From Candidatus Latescibacterota bacterium (lineage in GTDB: Bacteria > Latescibacterota > UBA2968), in the NCBI GenBank assembly GCA_965204745.1, contig OZ242010.1:3424001-3488000 (forward strand): a stretch of 64,000 nucleotides of DNA, read 5' to 3'. The number at the start of each line of letters is the position of its first letter. Position 1 is the stretch's first letter. The position numbers and the translations under genes were made by a program. A model generated the notes under the pieces. That model saw only the letters and a list, made by a program, of their open reading frames with translations. It was not told the DNA's origin and did no database searches. Below are positions 29,128-39,014 of this stretch, piece by piece.

Positions 29128-31424
29128 CTATCTGCTGACCGAAAACTCCGCTTCCCATGCGATGCTTCCATCATTTGCCGGTTGCCCAGTGCGGATACCG
29201 GCAATCGCGTAGTCCGGAAGCGGGATAGTCGCCATGCACTTGCCATCGAATTTCACTGCTCTGCGTGCAAATCTGAAAGAAGTCTCGTCGAATCCTTTGT
29301 CGCGGGTAGGGCCGATAAGGTCATTTACATCTTCCGGGATGAGATGCAGAAAGACGCGCTTTCCGCTGGTCAATCTGCACGGGTCTTTGACGTAGATCAA
29401 CTCGTTCTCGTGGAGATACACATCGAAGTCCGTGCGGATGATCGGATCGTTGGAAGCGATGGCGTCGTAGTCTGCCCGAAAGTCTTTGTTGACAACGCGA
29501 ACGCTACCTTCTGCGCCAAACATCATTTCGATTTCCCAAGCGCCTTCATCCCTAAACCGTTGTCCGGTTCTGATGCCAGCGAGATCATAGCTTGGCAACT
29601 CCCATGCCACACCGCAGGCATGCCCGATTTTGTGGAAGCTATAGATGATCGAAGCGGAGCCACCCCACCTCCTGTGGGGAGGAAGATCAGCGCGGTTGGC
29701 TGGAATCGGATTGATATACAATGGAGATTTCCTGTCATCTGCGTTGCACTGTTCTTTGACATAGATGAGATGGTTCTGCCAGCGGTACACGTCAAAGCTG
29801 GCGCGGGCGAGGAGGTCGGTCGCCTTTTCTTTCGGTTGAATAGTGCCGCGCAACAGCCATCGCAACGCGCTCGGAAGATTCCAAGCCATGCTTTCCTTCT
29901 GTACGCCAAACCACATGTTCAGGGTTGTCTGCTTGCTTTGCGCGTAATCCCAAAAGCCGTCATTCCTCGTTGCCCGCGACAACTCGACAAACGCGGTGAT
30001 AGAGCCAATGCTGAGCGCGATAGCCAACCCTACAATGGCGAGATGGCGGCGTTCGGGGGCGGATGGCGTGCGATGGCGTGCCAAAACGTCGGCACACCAA
30101 TAGCAGAGCAGAAACAGCGACGGGAGCGATGCCCGCATAACCAAGACATTCCAGTAGCTGTAGTGAAGCCAGGGCAAGAAAAGCAGGGTACCGATACTCA
30201 CGACAAAGAACGGCTCGCGGCGCAGACCGGGGCACAATAGATAGAGCAAACCAGCGATCAGAAGAAACTCGGTCAGGTAGAACAGCGCGCTCCATTGCAG
30301 TATCACAGACCAGTCGCGCCCTTCCATTGACCAACCGTGCGTAAAATCCATCGATCCGCTGGTCAGATACAGTACCACCAGTCCGGCCAGCGGCCAAGAT
30401 AGGATCAGGTTTTGCCAGCGCAGGAAGGGCCGGATGCCGTTACAAAAAAACAGAACCGCAAGCAGGGGCAACAAACCAAGAGCGACAAAGGTCGACCAAA
30501 ATGGCGCTGTTGCCAGCAGAATGCCGCTTACAGCCAAGAAGCGCGGGTGTCGGCACAGGTCGAGCAACAACAGTGCGTAGAGAGAGGCAGGCAGAAAATG
30601 GTGTGGCGCCCACATCAAAGCTGTCATATTGGATGAATATTGCGTCTTGATGCCCCAGTAGTACCATTCAAGGTGATCTCTTCCCACATCAATGCCGGCC
30701 AACCTTGGTAGTCGACGCGCAAGTCGATCCATGTCCACCCTTCAACTAGAATTACGCGCAGAACATCCATGCCGGAGAAACAAATGACAACCGCCGCCGC
30801 CAAGAAAATTCTCCAGCCTCGATGCCGCCGGGTGAACAGCAACAGGATGAGCGCGACACCGATCCAGGTCCACAGCGGCACCGCCCAATTCAACGCCGCA
30901 GGTCCAAACATAAGCGCGACGAGCCCAGGCACTATAAAATAGCCGAGATAGTAGCGTAGCAGAGGTTCGGTTTGATCGGGCAGGTGGGGAACGAGAGGAT
31001 GCGGAAGGTACGTGGGCCATGGGTAGCGGCTCAGATCGAGTAGCTTCGATCTGTGAACCCACCAATCCGCGTTGTAGTGATCGAGTAGGCCACCCGCAGC
31101 GGTCGTCATCACCCAGCCCAACGCCACCAACAGAAGCGCGACAGTCGCAGGGCGCAGCCGCAACCGCCAAGAACCCGACAGAGCCTGCCAAAACGCGAGC
31201 ATGAGCAACACCGTTGCCGGGCAGCCGAACCACCATTCAAACCAGCCCACCAGCCATACGACCATCGGCAACATCAGATAAACGATAGCCAAGCGGTGTA
31301 GCAACGGCAGGTCGTCTCCTGCGTCTCCCGGTTTGATCCATGTATTCAAATAGGCGAAGACAGGTCTGCATCGTTTTGTCATGCGGTTACTTCTCATCAA
31401 TCGAAAATCCACCCTTTTTCGCAT
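29128..31424 (-). pseudogene. Polytopic membrane protein (GT-C-like) with two C-terminal Cys-pair domains, split by one frameshift near 30695
   Basis: ORFs 30624-31493 and 29128-30738 overlap and join as ...YQGWP/GIDVGRDHLEW if one base is added; start uncertain. Confidence 0.68.
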
Positions 31425-31437
31425 GGTCAATTTGCCA

Positions 31438-33267
31438 TCAACGCACGGTCGGATCGGCGAACAAATTGAGCCTTGCAAGAGAGGCGTGCCCACTCCATAA
31501 GCTATGACCGTATCGTAGCCGTTGGCGGGTAAAGATCCCGGCGATGGCGTAGTCGGGAAGCGGAACCGTCGCTACGCACTTCCCGTCGGATAGCACGCCG
31601 TGCTGATCAAAGGAGAAACCTCTGCGCCTATACTCGTCGGGCAGTATGTCGGCCGGAATGATACTCAAAAGGAATCGCCCCTGCGTATCCGCAGGTTTGC
31701 ATGGTTGCCTGACATAAGTCAGCGCGTGTTCGTCGAGATAGACCTTGAACTTGGAGTCGATAATCAACTGCCCTTCGCGTTTATCGACTATTAGATCGGC
31801 GACCTGACTGAGATTTTGAATGAGATGGAGATTGGCACGCGGCTCGGCAATGACATGCTCGACTCGAATCCCATCGTTAAATTCTTCAAGTTTTTTCATG
31901 TCCAGGAGGCCACTGTGAAGCCGGACAAACCATACTCTATCCGTGCGAGAAGATCGAGCTACGCGGAACACATCTGTCGTACACGATTCGAGCGTTGAAG
32001 TTGGATCACATCCTCCATAGTGGTAATTGGCAGGTCGTTGCCGCAAATAAAAGCCCATAAGTTCCAGTGAGAAACGAGATATATAGACCTTATCTCCTTC
32101 TCGTACGCGGTTTTCCAACGCGGCGATGACGCCCTTGACGTCGTATGTTTCGCGATATGGTTTGTCCGTTTTAATGGCGTCCACGGCCGTTAGCGCGATG
32201 ACGCTTACCGCCAAAGCCAAACAGCCCCGACGGCCCCACGCGGGCAAAAGATCCGCTACCGAATGAAGCGCGTGCCCAAACGCCAAAAAGATAATCGGCC
32301 CCAGATAGATACATTGCCGAATATCGCCCAAAGGATAATACCGTAGCAGGGCCGCGAATATTGCGATGACGAGAGACAATGCGAACAACAGCGGAATCGC
32401 ACCATGGCGAAAGCCCCTCCAAAAACCGACCGCCAAAGCCGCAGCGAATGCGGCGATCAGCGGCATGACGATCCCGTCCGGCAGATGATAGGCCAAGAGC
32501 CACTCCGTCCGAGAAAGCGCGAACGCGAGCATCGAACCCTGCTCGGGCGCGTAGTAATACTGCGAAAGATAGTATGCAGCGAAGCCCGTTCCCCATTGAT
32601 ACTGCAATGTGACCGCGTAGGTGATGACACATCCAGTCGCGAAAAACGCGACCGGGCAAATGAGGGCCTTGCACCGCGCCAGAGGGGGGAGACCATCCTT
32701 CGTCCTGTTGAACACCAGCGTGCCCAAGACCGCAACCGAAAAAAGAACGAGCCCATACTGAACGAGGGGTGACAAAAACAAAGCTGTACAAAGCAACACT
32801 TGCTTGCGGTCTCGCAGATACGCCAGTGCCCCGACGATCAGCAGTGCGACGATGAGCGCGTCAATGGAGTATTCCCGCACATCTTGGGCATGGTCTATCG
32901 CCGCACTCGAAAGCGTCGCCATCAGGGCTGCCAAAAATGCCGCCGAGCGGCGGACGCCGACGCGTGGCAAAAGAAAAAGCAACACAAAAACGGTTCCTGT
33001 GCTCGCAGCCGCCGGCACGAGGCGAACGCTAAATGGCGAGCTCTCCACTTTCTGAACGCCCCACAAGACCAATGGATAGAGGACGGGTGAGGAGTGTCTG
33101 CGGTTGCATCCGATGACCGCCAAAAATGAGTCGTTTCTCGAACAATTGGCCGTCGCGGCCTCATCGTACCGCAAAGAGTTTTCCGACAATTCATGAAAGC
33201 GCGAACCCGTCGCGACAATGAGCAGGGCGATGCAGGCCAAATAGTACAACTTATTGTCGTTCTTCAT
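31438..33267 (-). CDS. GT39/ArnT-like (GT-C fold) membrane glycosyltransferase with a C-terminal Cys-pair domain
   Basis: SLRYDE after TM1, PVLYPL, AQDVREYS, many TMs. Confidence 0.72.
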   Translation of the reverse strand: MKNDNKLYYLACIALLIVATGSRFHELSENSLRYDEAATANCSRNDSFLAVIGCNRRHSSPVLYPLVLWGVQKVESSPFSVRLVPAAASTGTVFVLLFLLPRVGVRRSAAFLAALMATLSSAAIDHAQDVREYSIDALIVALLIVGALAYLRDRKQVLLCTALFLSPLVQYGLVLFSVAVLGTLVFNRTKDGLPPLARCKALICPVAFFATGCVITYAVTLQYQWGTGFAAYYLSQYYYAPEQGSMLAFALSRTEWLLAYHLPDGIVMPLIAAFAAALAVGFWRGFRHGAIPLLFALSLVIAIFAALLRYYPLGDIRQCIYLGPIIFLAFGHALHSVADLLPAWGRRGCLALAVSVIALTAVDAIKTDKPYRETYDVKGVIAALENRVREGDKVYISRFSLELMGFYLRQRPANYHYGGCDPTSTLESCTTDVFRVARSSRTDRVWFVRLHSGLLDMKKLEEFNDGIRVEHVIAEPRANLHLIQNLSQVADLIVDKREGQLIIDSKFKVYLDEHALTYVRQPCKPADTQGRFLLSIIPADILPDEYRRRGFSFDQHGVLSDGKCVATVPLPDYAIAGIFTRQRLRYGHSLWSGHASLARLNLFADPTVR

Positions 33268-33698
33268 CTAAATAGCCCTTCACAGTATGCGACAAAACGC
33301 ACCTCTGTGAATCTATGGATGGTACAACTGCGATGGCAGTTCATCGACGAAGTGCGGCGGGTTTGGGGTTGTTGAGCGGGGTTCATGTATTGACCGGTTC
33401 GCAATACCAGACCAATATATGTGCCACCTGCGTCATCGTCAACCCCTGGTCCCAAATCCCCGAGACGCAGAGGTGGCGCGTATCCGCATGGCCGGGAAAG
33501 GATGATGCGCTTTGAGGCGCGGCTTGCGGAAATTTTAATCCGGCTGTATCTTCATACCGCGTCGCCCCGCGTCGCCGGGCCGTGGAGAGGATGTCGCAGG
33601 TGATGGCGGCGATTTTCATTTTTCTCCGTACTCGCATTTAATTTTGTCGGCGACGGTCTGCGGACGTAGCCGATCCGTATTCACGTTAGGAGACGACT

Positions 33699-34445
33699 AT
33701 GGAACTTCGACAAAACCGAGTCAAACGCAAATTGCAACGCGGCGAACGAGTTTATGTGGCGTCCGGATTTACGCACGCCGACGACATCGACGCGTTTGGC
33801 CCGGCGGGTTTTGATGGCATCTGGATCGAGGGCGAGCACGGCGCGATGGCCTTCGACGACTTGGGCAATCTCACGCGCGCCTGCGACCTGTGGGGCATGA
33901 CGTCGATTGTGCGCGTCAACCGCAATGACCAAACCCTCATTTATCGCGTCTTGGATCGGGGCGCGCAGGGCATTGTGGTGCCGCATGTCAACACGCGGAA
34001 AGAAGCGGAAAACGTGGTCGCGGGCGGGCGGTTCGCGCCTATCGGTCAGCGCGGCATGTTCGTCAGCCGGCAAGGCTATGGGGTCGCGGATTATTTTGCC
34101 AAGGCCAATGACGAGGTGTTGCTCACCGTGTTGATCGAAGACATTGTCGCCGTGGAAAATTTAGACGAAATCCTGACCGTCGATCAGATCGACGTGTTCT
34201 TTGTCGCGCCTTCGGATCTGGGCGCGTCAATGGGATATATCCACGATCTGCAACACGCCGATGTGCAACAGACAATAGACCGCGCACTCGCAAAGATCAT
34301 CGCCTCTGGGCGCGTCGCAGGGACGATGACCACCTCGGACAATGTGGGCAAATTCGCCGCGGCAGGCGTGCAGATGTTGCTCGTCAACTGCACGGGATGG
34401 TTGCACGACGGCGCGAAGACCTTTGTGGCGCGGGCAGGTGAATAG
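33699..34445 (+). CDS. HpcH/HpaI aldolase family
   Basis: WIEGEHG, RVLDRGAQGIVVPHV, LIED, APSDL. Confidence 0.9.
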   Translation: MELRQNRVKRKLQRGERVYVASGFTHADDIDAFGPAGFDGIWIEGEHGAMAFDDLGNLTRACDLWGMTSIVRVNRNDQTLIYRVLDRGAQGIVVPHVNTRKEAENVVAGGRFAPIGQRGMFVSRQGYGVADYFAKANDEVLLTVLIEDIVAVENLDEILTVDQIDVFFVAPSDLGASMGYIHDLQHADVQQTIDRALAKIIASGRVAGTMTTSDNVGKFAAAGVQMLLVNCTGWLHDGAKTFVARAGE

Positions 34446-34496
34446 ACGGGAGAGGTGAGACGTGAGAAGGCCACCCAACAGCCCCGCCACCGCCCA

Positions 34497-34552
34497 AGTA
34501 GTCAGTGGTCAGTGGTCAGTGGTCAGTGGTCAGTGGTCAGTGGTCAGTGGTC
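34497..34552. repeat. Heptamer array (AGTGGTC)x7 plus one variant
   Basis: Direct count; the same unit occurs at 18428-18455. Confidence 0.95.
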
Positions 34553-34686
34553 AGCCCTCGCCCAACCACCCAAAAGGCGAGAAACGAATGTAGGGGCGGT
34601 GCCCCTGTGCCCGCCTACTGATCGACCCCGAGCAACGATCAGTTGTACCCCCGTTCCGTTGTATCCATTTACGAGAGGAGAAGAAA

Positions 34687-35073
34687 ATGAAGATCGAACA
34701 CATTGCTTTTGTGGTTGATGATCCCGAGGTCGTCGCAAAATGGTATTGCGATAACTTGGGCATGCACGTGGTGCGCCAAGGGCCGCCACCCATCAAGATG
34801 ACGTTTTTGGCCGATTCGGCCGGGCAGACGATGTACGAGCTTTACGCCCAACCCGAAGTCGAGACCCCAGATTACGCGTCGATGCACCACCTCGCGTTGC
34901 ATTTCGCGTATTACGCCGAAGACCTCGAAGCCACGTTTGAACACCTGAAAGCCGCAGGCGCGACCGTCGTGCAAGCCCCAACGCCCAATGACTCAGGCGA
35001 CACCCTCGCCATGCTGCGCGATCCCTGGGGCATCTGCGTGCAACTGGTCAATCGAAAGGAGAAGATGCTTTGA
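34687..35073 (+). CDS. VOC/glyoxalase family protein
   Basis: IEHIAF...WY, HFAY, LRDPWG; GAGGAG RBS. Confidence 0.88.
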   Translation: MKIEHIAFVVDDPEVVAKWYCDNLGMHVVRQGPPPIKMTFLADSAGQTMYELYAQPEVETPDYASMHHLALHFAYYAEDLEATFEHLKAAGATVVQAPTPNDSGDTLAMLRDPWGICVQLVNRKEKML

Positions 35074-35266
35074 AGTGAGATGGGAGACGGAAGAGGCAAG
35101 AGGTGAGAGGCGAGAGGTGAGAGGCGAGAGGTGAGAGGCAAGAGGCGACAGGGCATGGAAGGATATAGCGGCGGGAATTGGGACCTACCCCCTAACCCCC
35201 TTCCTAAGAGGAAGGGGGAATGGCGAGAGGTTTTGCGAGGGATTGCGCGAGGGGGTTTGGGTTTCT

Positions 35267-35633
35267 ATGGCGTGATCCATTCGCCCAAAGCCATCGAAAC
35301 AGCCAGGGAGACAAACCGTCAAAAAGCCATGCGCTCCCCTTTCCTCGTAGGAAAGGGGCCGGGGGATAGGTCGCTTTTTCATGGCATTATCCATTCGCGC
35401 AAAGCCATCGAAACAGCCAGGGAGACAAACCGTCAAAAAGCCCTGTGCCCCCCTTTCCTCGTAGGAAAGGGGCCGGGGGATAGGTCGCTTTTTCATGGCA
35501 TTATCCATTCGCGCAAAGCCATCGAAACAGCCAGGGAGACAAACCGTCAAAAAGCCATGCGCTCCCCCTTTCATCGTAGGCACAGGCGTAGCCTACAATG
35601 AGCGAAGCGAATAATGGAGGCCGGGGGGATAGG
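35267..35633. repeat. 114-bp tandem repeat x3 containing a REP-like hairpin
   Basis: Units start at 35267, 35381 and 35495; hairpin CCCCTTTCCTCGTAGGAAAGGGG. Confidence 0.9.
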
Positions 35634-35819
35634 GTATGGCGACAGGACATGGAAGGACACAACGCAGGGGAACGATGAAGCGGCGGTAGGGCGGTGGGGC
35701 GGTCTCACCTCTTACTTCTTGCCTCTTACTTGGGGATAGGGCTTGCGGTAGGGCGGTTGGGCACGCACGGGCGGATGGGCGGAGCGGACAGACACGCATT
35801 TTCCCGAAAGGAGATCAAA

Positions 35820-38228
35820 ATGGTTCGCATGACCGATACCACAGACTTGCGGGCGCCGGAACTTCCGGGCGCTGAAAACGACATGAGTCGTCGCTATCTT
35901 CGGATGATCGAACAGTGGATTCCAACCGGCGTCGGGTATTTTGCCAACTGGCCCGATCGCCCCAACTGCGGGCATTTTTTTGGCGGGTGCCACTGGTATG
36001 GGATCGAGACCATCAGTTGTGCAGAGACCTTTGCTTATGCCAGCACGTCGCCCGAATACGACTCGGCGACCACAGGCGTGTCCCGCGAAGCCCTGTGCGA
36101 GATGGCGATTCAAGGGGTGCGGTACTTGTGCTTCACGCACGATTCCGGGCCCGAAGACTGCGTGCGTCCCCAACGGGGATTGGGCCGCGAGGAAAATTGC
36201 GGCACCAAGTGGGGCGAACGGGGCAAGGGCTTTTTCCGGGAGAGCCAGTGCGGTAGCACGGTTGCCGGGTTGGCGCGCGTGTGTTTGCTTCTGCGGGATT
36301 GGATCGACGAGGAAACGTGGATGATGGTCGCCCGCGTACATGAGGACTACGCCGCGCGATTCGGCAACATGTCCCCCAAAAGCGGGGTGTACACGGACAC
36401 GCAGATGGAAGAAAATGCGTGGACTTCGCACGGGCTTGCGTCTTGTGTCCTGTTTTTGTCTGGACACGCGGATGCCGCGCATTGGGAGGGCACGGCCCGC
36501 AGGTGGATGTTTTCCGCATGCGCCACGCCCCAAGACGCCAAGGACTTCGGGCGAGTGGGCGATGAAACGGCCCGCGCCCTGACCGGGAAAATTTTCACCA
36601 CCCTGCCCGATTACTTTGCGGAGAACCACGGGATGGTGCATCCCAGTTACACGGCTTCGGGCATTTCCCCGCTGATGAGCGTGGGCTGTTTGTACCGGCT
36701 TTGGGGCCGCGACTTGCCGCCGGAACTCTTTTGGAATCGCCGGCGGATCTACGAGAATTTGAAGGCGTTGACCGACGGTGGCGGGTATGCCCAAGCGGTT
36801 CAGGGCATGGACTGGCACTACTTGAATATTTTTGCGAGCACCGCGGCGCACGCGATAGCCGCGGTGTTTTTCGACGACGCGGATGCGGCTGCGATGGAAC
36901 GCTTGGGATTGGAAAATGCCGAGCGGCGTCAGCGGGGCAATGCCGGGCGCATGTACGACAAGGACTTCGCGCTGAAAGCACGCGACCAGCAAGACCCGAT
37001 GATCATGCGCGAGGTCACGATTTCGGGCGCGGCAGGGCTGTATCTGTTGCACCGCTTGTTTGGACCTGGGCCATCGCCCGCGCCGCGCGCAGAGACAGAG
37101 GCCCGACTGGCGGGCGTCCGCACATTTCCCCACGCCGGGTTTGTCCACCACAGGCATCCGCGCGGGCAGACTTCGTTTGCCTGGCGCAATTCGATTATGG
37201 CCCTGCCCCTCACGCGAGAGGGGATTTACGCGATCTCCCCGTGTTCGGACACCTGGCTCGGCAAGCCGGTTGTGCGAGACCGCCCGGACAGCCACCGCCT
37301 CAAGGCGATCCGCGTCGCCGAATACGACGACGGCTTTGCCGCCGCGCTGGCGATGCACCGGTGCCAGGAATCCCTGCGCCAGCAAGTGCTCTTTGCCAGT
37401 TTGCCAGACGGGCGCGCCCTGTCATTTGAAAGGTTCGTCGCGCTGGAAGATTTGGTGTTGGAGGGATTGGACCAGGGGTTTTTACGCATCACCAACGAGC
37501 ACTTTCCGCTGATGGCGCCCAACTGCCGCGGGGAGCGCGTGCTCTATCGCGCCGAGGGCGAAACCCGATACGCGGGTTGGCACGGCGAATCCGAATCGGA
37601 CGATGTGATCGACCACTTGGGCCGTCCCGCGTGGCTCAATGTGGACGACCGCTTGGGCATTCGCTTTCGCGGGAATGGCGAGGCGGTTTATCACAATCGG
37701 CACTTTTTTGATCCGTATCGGGCCATTGCCGACGATCTCACGCTCTCCCGATTCGAGGGTGAAAGACCGCTTCGGGCGGGCGAAGAAGCGGGTCGCTTGA
37801 GCGCGTTGCTGCTGCCCGAACAGGTCGCTGCTGATACGCCTGACGCTGTCTTTGAAATTCTGAGTGGCCCGGATGATGGCATCGGTTTGCTGACCGAGGG
37901 GTTTTTGGCTGCTGCGAATTTCGCGCCCACGCACCAGATCTGCGCGTTTGGCATGGGCAAAACCGAATCCGTGCCGGTTTTTCCCGGCGCGGTGCTCGAA
38001 ACGCAGGGCGATCAGGTGAGCTATCGCGTGCCTATCGAAGGCGCGTCTGCCCGCTTGCTCCGCGCAACTTACGCGCTGAAGCTAAAAGGCGATGCGCGCA
38101 TAGACGCCCTGCCGGACGGGGCACTTTACGTTTTCAGTTCAGAGGGCGCCGAGGTGAGTGTCGCGCAGGGCGATGCCTCCGAGCGCGTGCATACCATCGG
38201 CCGCGGCCAAGCCAAGCGCATTGCCTAA
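35820..38228 (+). CDS. Large hypothetical protein (possibly lyase-like helical barrel plus beta domains)
   Basis: Long ORF; AAGGAG RBS before the ATG at 35820; the fold is a guess. Confidence 0.65.
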   Translation: MVRMTDTTDLRAPELPGAENDMSRRYLRMIEQWIPTGVGYFANWPDRPNCGHFFGGCHWYGIETISCAETFAYASTSPEYDSATTGVSREALCEMAIQGVRYLCFTHDSGPEDCVRPQRGLGREENCGTKWGERGKGFFRESQCGSTVAGLARVCLLLRDWIDEETWMMVARVHEDYAARFGNMSPKSGVYTDTQMEENAWTSHGLASCVLFLSGHADAAHWEGTARRWMFSACATPQDAKDFGRVGDETARALTGKIFTTLPDYFAENHGMVHPSYTASGISPLMSVGCLYRLWGRDLPPELFWNRRRIYENLKALTDGGGYAQAVQGMDWHYLNIFASTAAHAIAAVFFDDADAAAMERLGLENAERRQRGNAGRMYDKDFALKARDQQDPMIMREVTISGAAGLYLLHRLFGPGPSPAPRAETEARLAGVRTFPHAGFVHHRHPRGQTSFAWRNSIMALPLTREGIYAISPCSDTWLGKPVVRDRPDSHRLKAIRVAEYDDGFAAALAMHRCQESLRQQVLFASLPDGRALSFERFVALEDLVLEGLDQGFLRITNEHFPLMAPNCRGERVLYRAEGETRYAGWHGESESDDVIDHLGRPAWLNVDDRLGIRFRGNGEAVYHNRHFFDPYRAIADDLTLSRFEGERPLRAGEEAGRLSALLLPEQVAADTPDAVFEILSGPDDGIGLLTEGFLAAANFAPTHQICAFGMGKTESVPVFPGAVLETQGDQVSYRVPIEGASARLLRATYALKLKGDARIDALPDGALYVFSSEGAEVSVAQGDASERVHTIGRGQAKRIA

Positions 38229-38239
38229 AAGGAGGAGAA

Positions 38240-39010
38240 ATGCAGCGCGAACTCACGATCAGGCCCCGCTATTATCGCTGGTATGTCGATCCGGGGGTGA
38301 TTTGGGCCGAGGTGAACACGAGGTACGATCAGGTGGATTGGGAAATCCCTATCGCCCAAACGGCGCTGGTGCTGGTCGATGTGTGGTCGCACCACTACCT
38401 GAAAGACACGGAAGCCCGCTCCGAGGCCATCGTGTGCAACGAGATCGTCCCCCTGCTCGACGCCTGCCGAAAAGCGGACATGCCCATCGTTCACACGCCC
38501 TCCCCGCGCTTGGCCGAAGCGCATCCGTCATGGATAAATCCGATTGGGGATGAGGCACGCGCCGCTGACAGGGGCGATTGGCCCCCGCCCGCGTTTCTCA
38601 AAAAATCCGGAGACTTTGAACAATACGCACGGCCCATCGAACCCCGCGAGGGAGAATTGCAAGAGATCCGATCCAGACTCGAGATGCACCCGTTGGTACA
38701 GGTCGAAGCGCGAGAGGCCGTCATCGCCACGGGCGAAGAACTCCACCGCTGGTGCGCGCAACGAGGCGTTCTCTTTCTCTTTTACCTCGGCTTCAATACC
38801 AACGCCTGCGTTTTGATGCGGGACTACGGCACGCTGGCGATGAGCCGCCGCGGGTATGACGTGATCATCCTGCGAGATTGCACCACGGGAATGGAGTCCT
38901 TTGAAACGCACGACGACCTCACGCAGACGCGGGGCGCCGTGCTTTTCTTGGAAATGTTCGGCCACTATTCCACGACATCGGATGAACTGATCGCGGGGTT
39001 GCCAGGCTGA
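38240..39010 (+). CDS. Isochorismatase-family cysteine hydrolase
   Basis: ALVLVDVW, GFNTNACV, ILRDCT. Confidence 0.82.
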   Translation: MQRELTIRPRYYRWYVDPGVIWAEVNTRYDQVDWEIPIAQTALVLVDVWSHHYLKDTEARSEAIVCNEIVPLLDACRKADMPIVHTPSPRLAEAHPSWINPIGDEARAADRGDWPPPAFLKKSGDFEQYARPIEPREGELQEIRSRLEMHPLVQVEAREAVIATGEELHRWCAQRGVLFLFYLGFNTNACVLMRDYGTLAMSRRGYDVIILRDCTTGMESFETHDDLTQTRGAVLFLEMFGHYSTTSDELIAGLPG

Positions 39011-39014
39011 GTTT

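Noticed and set aside
35131-35601. 156-aa ORF with internal repeats
   Set aside because: Composed entirely of non-coding repeat units whose length is a multiple of 3.
35267-35633. CRISPR-like array
   Set aside because: Sequences between hairpins are near-identical rather than unique spacers; period 114 bp.
35712-37385. 557-aa minus-strand ORF
   Set aside because: Shadow of the plus-strand 35820-38228 gene, which has an RBS and operon context.
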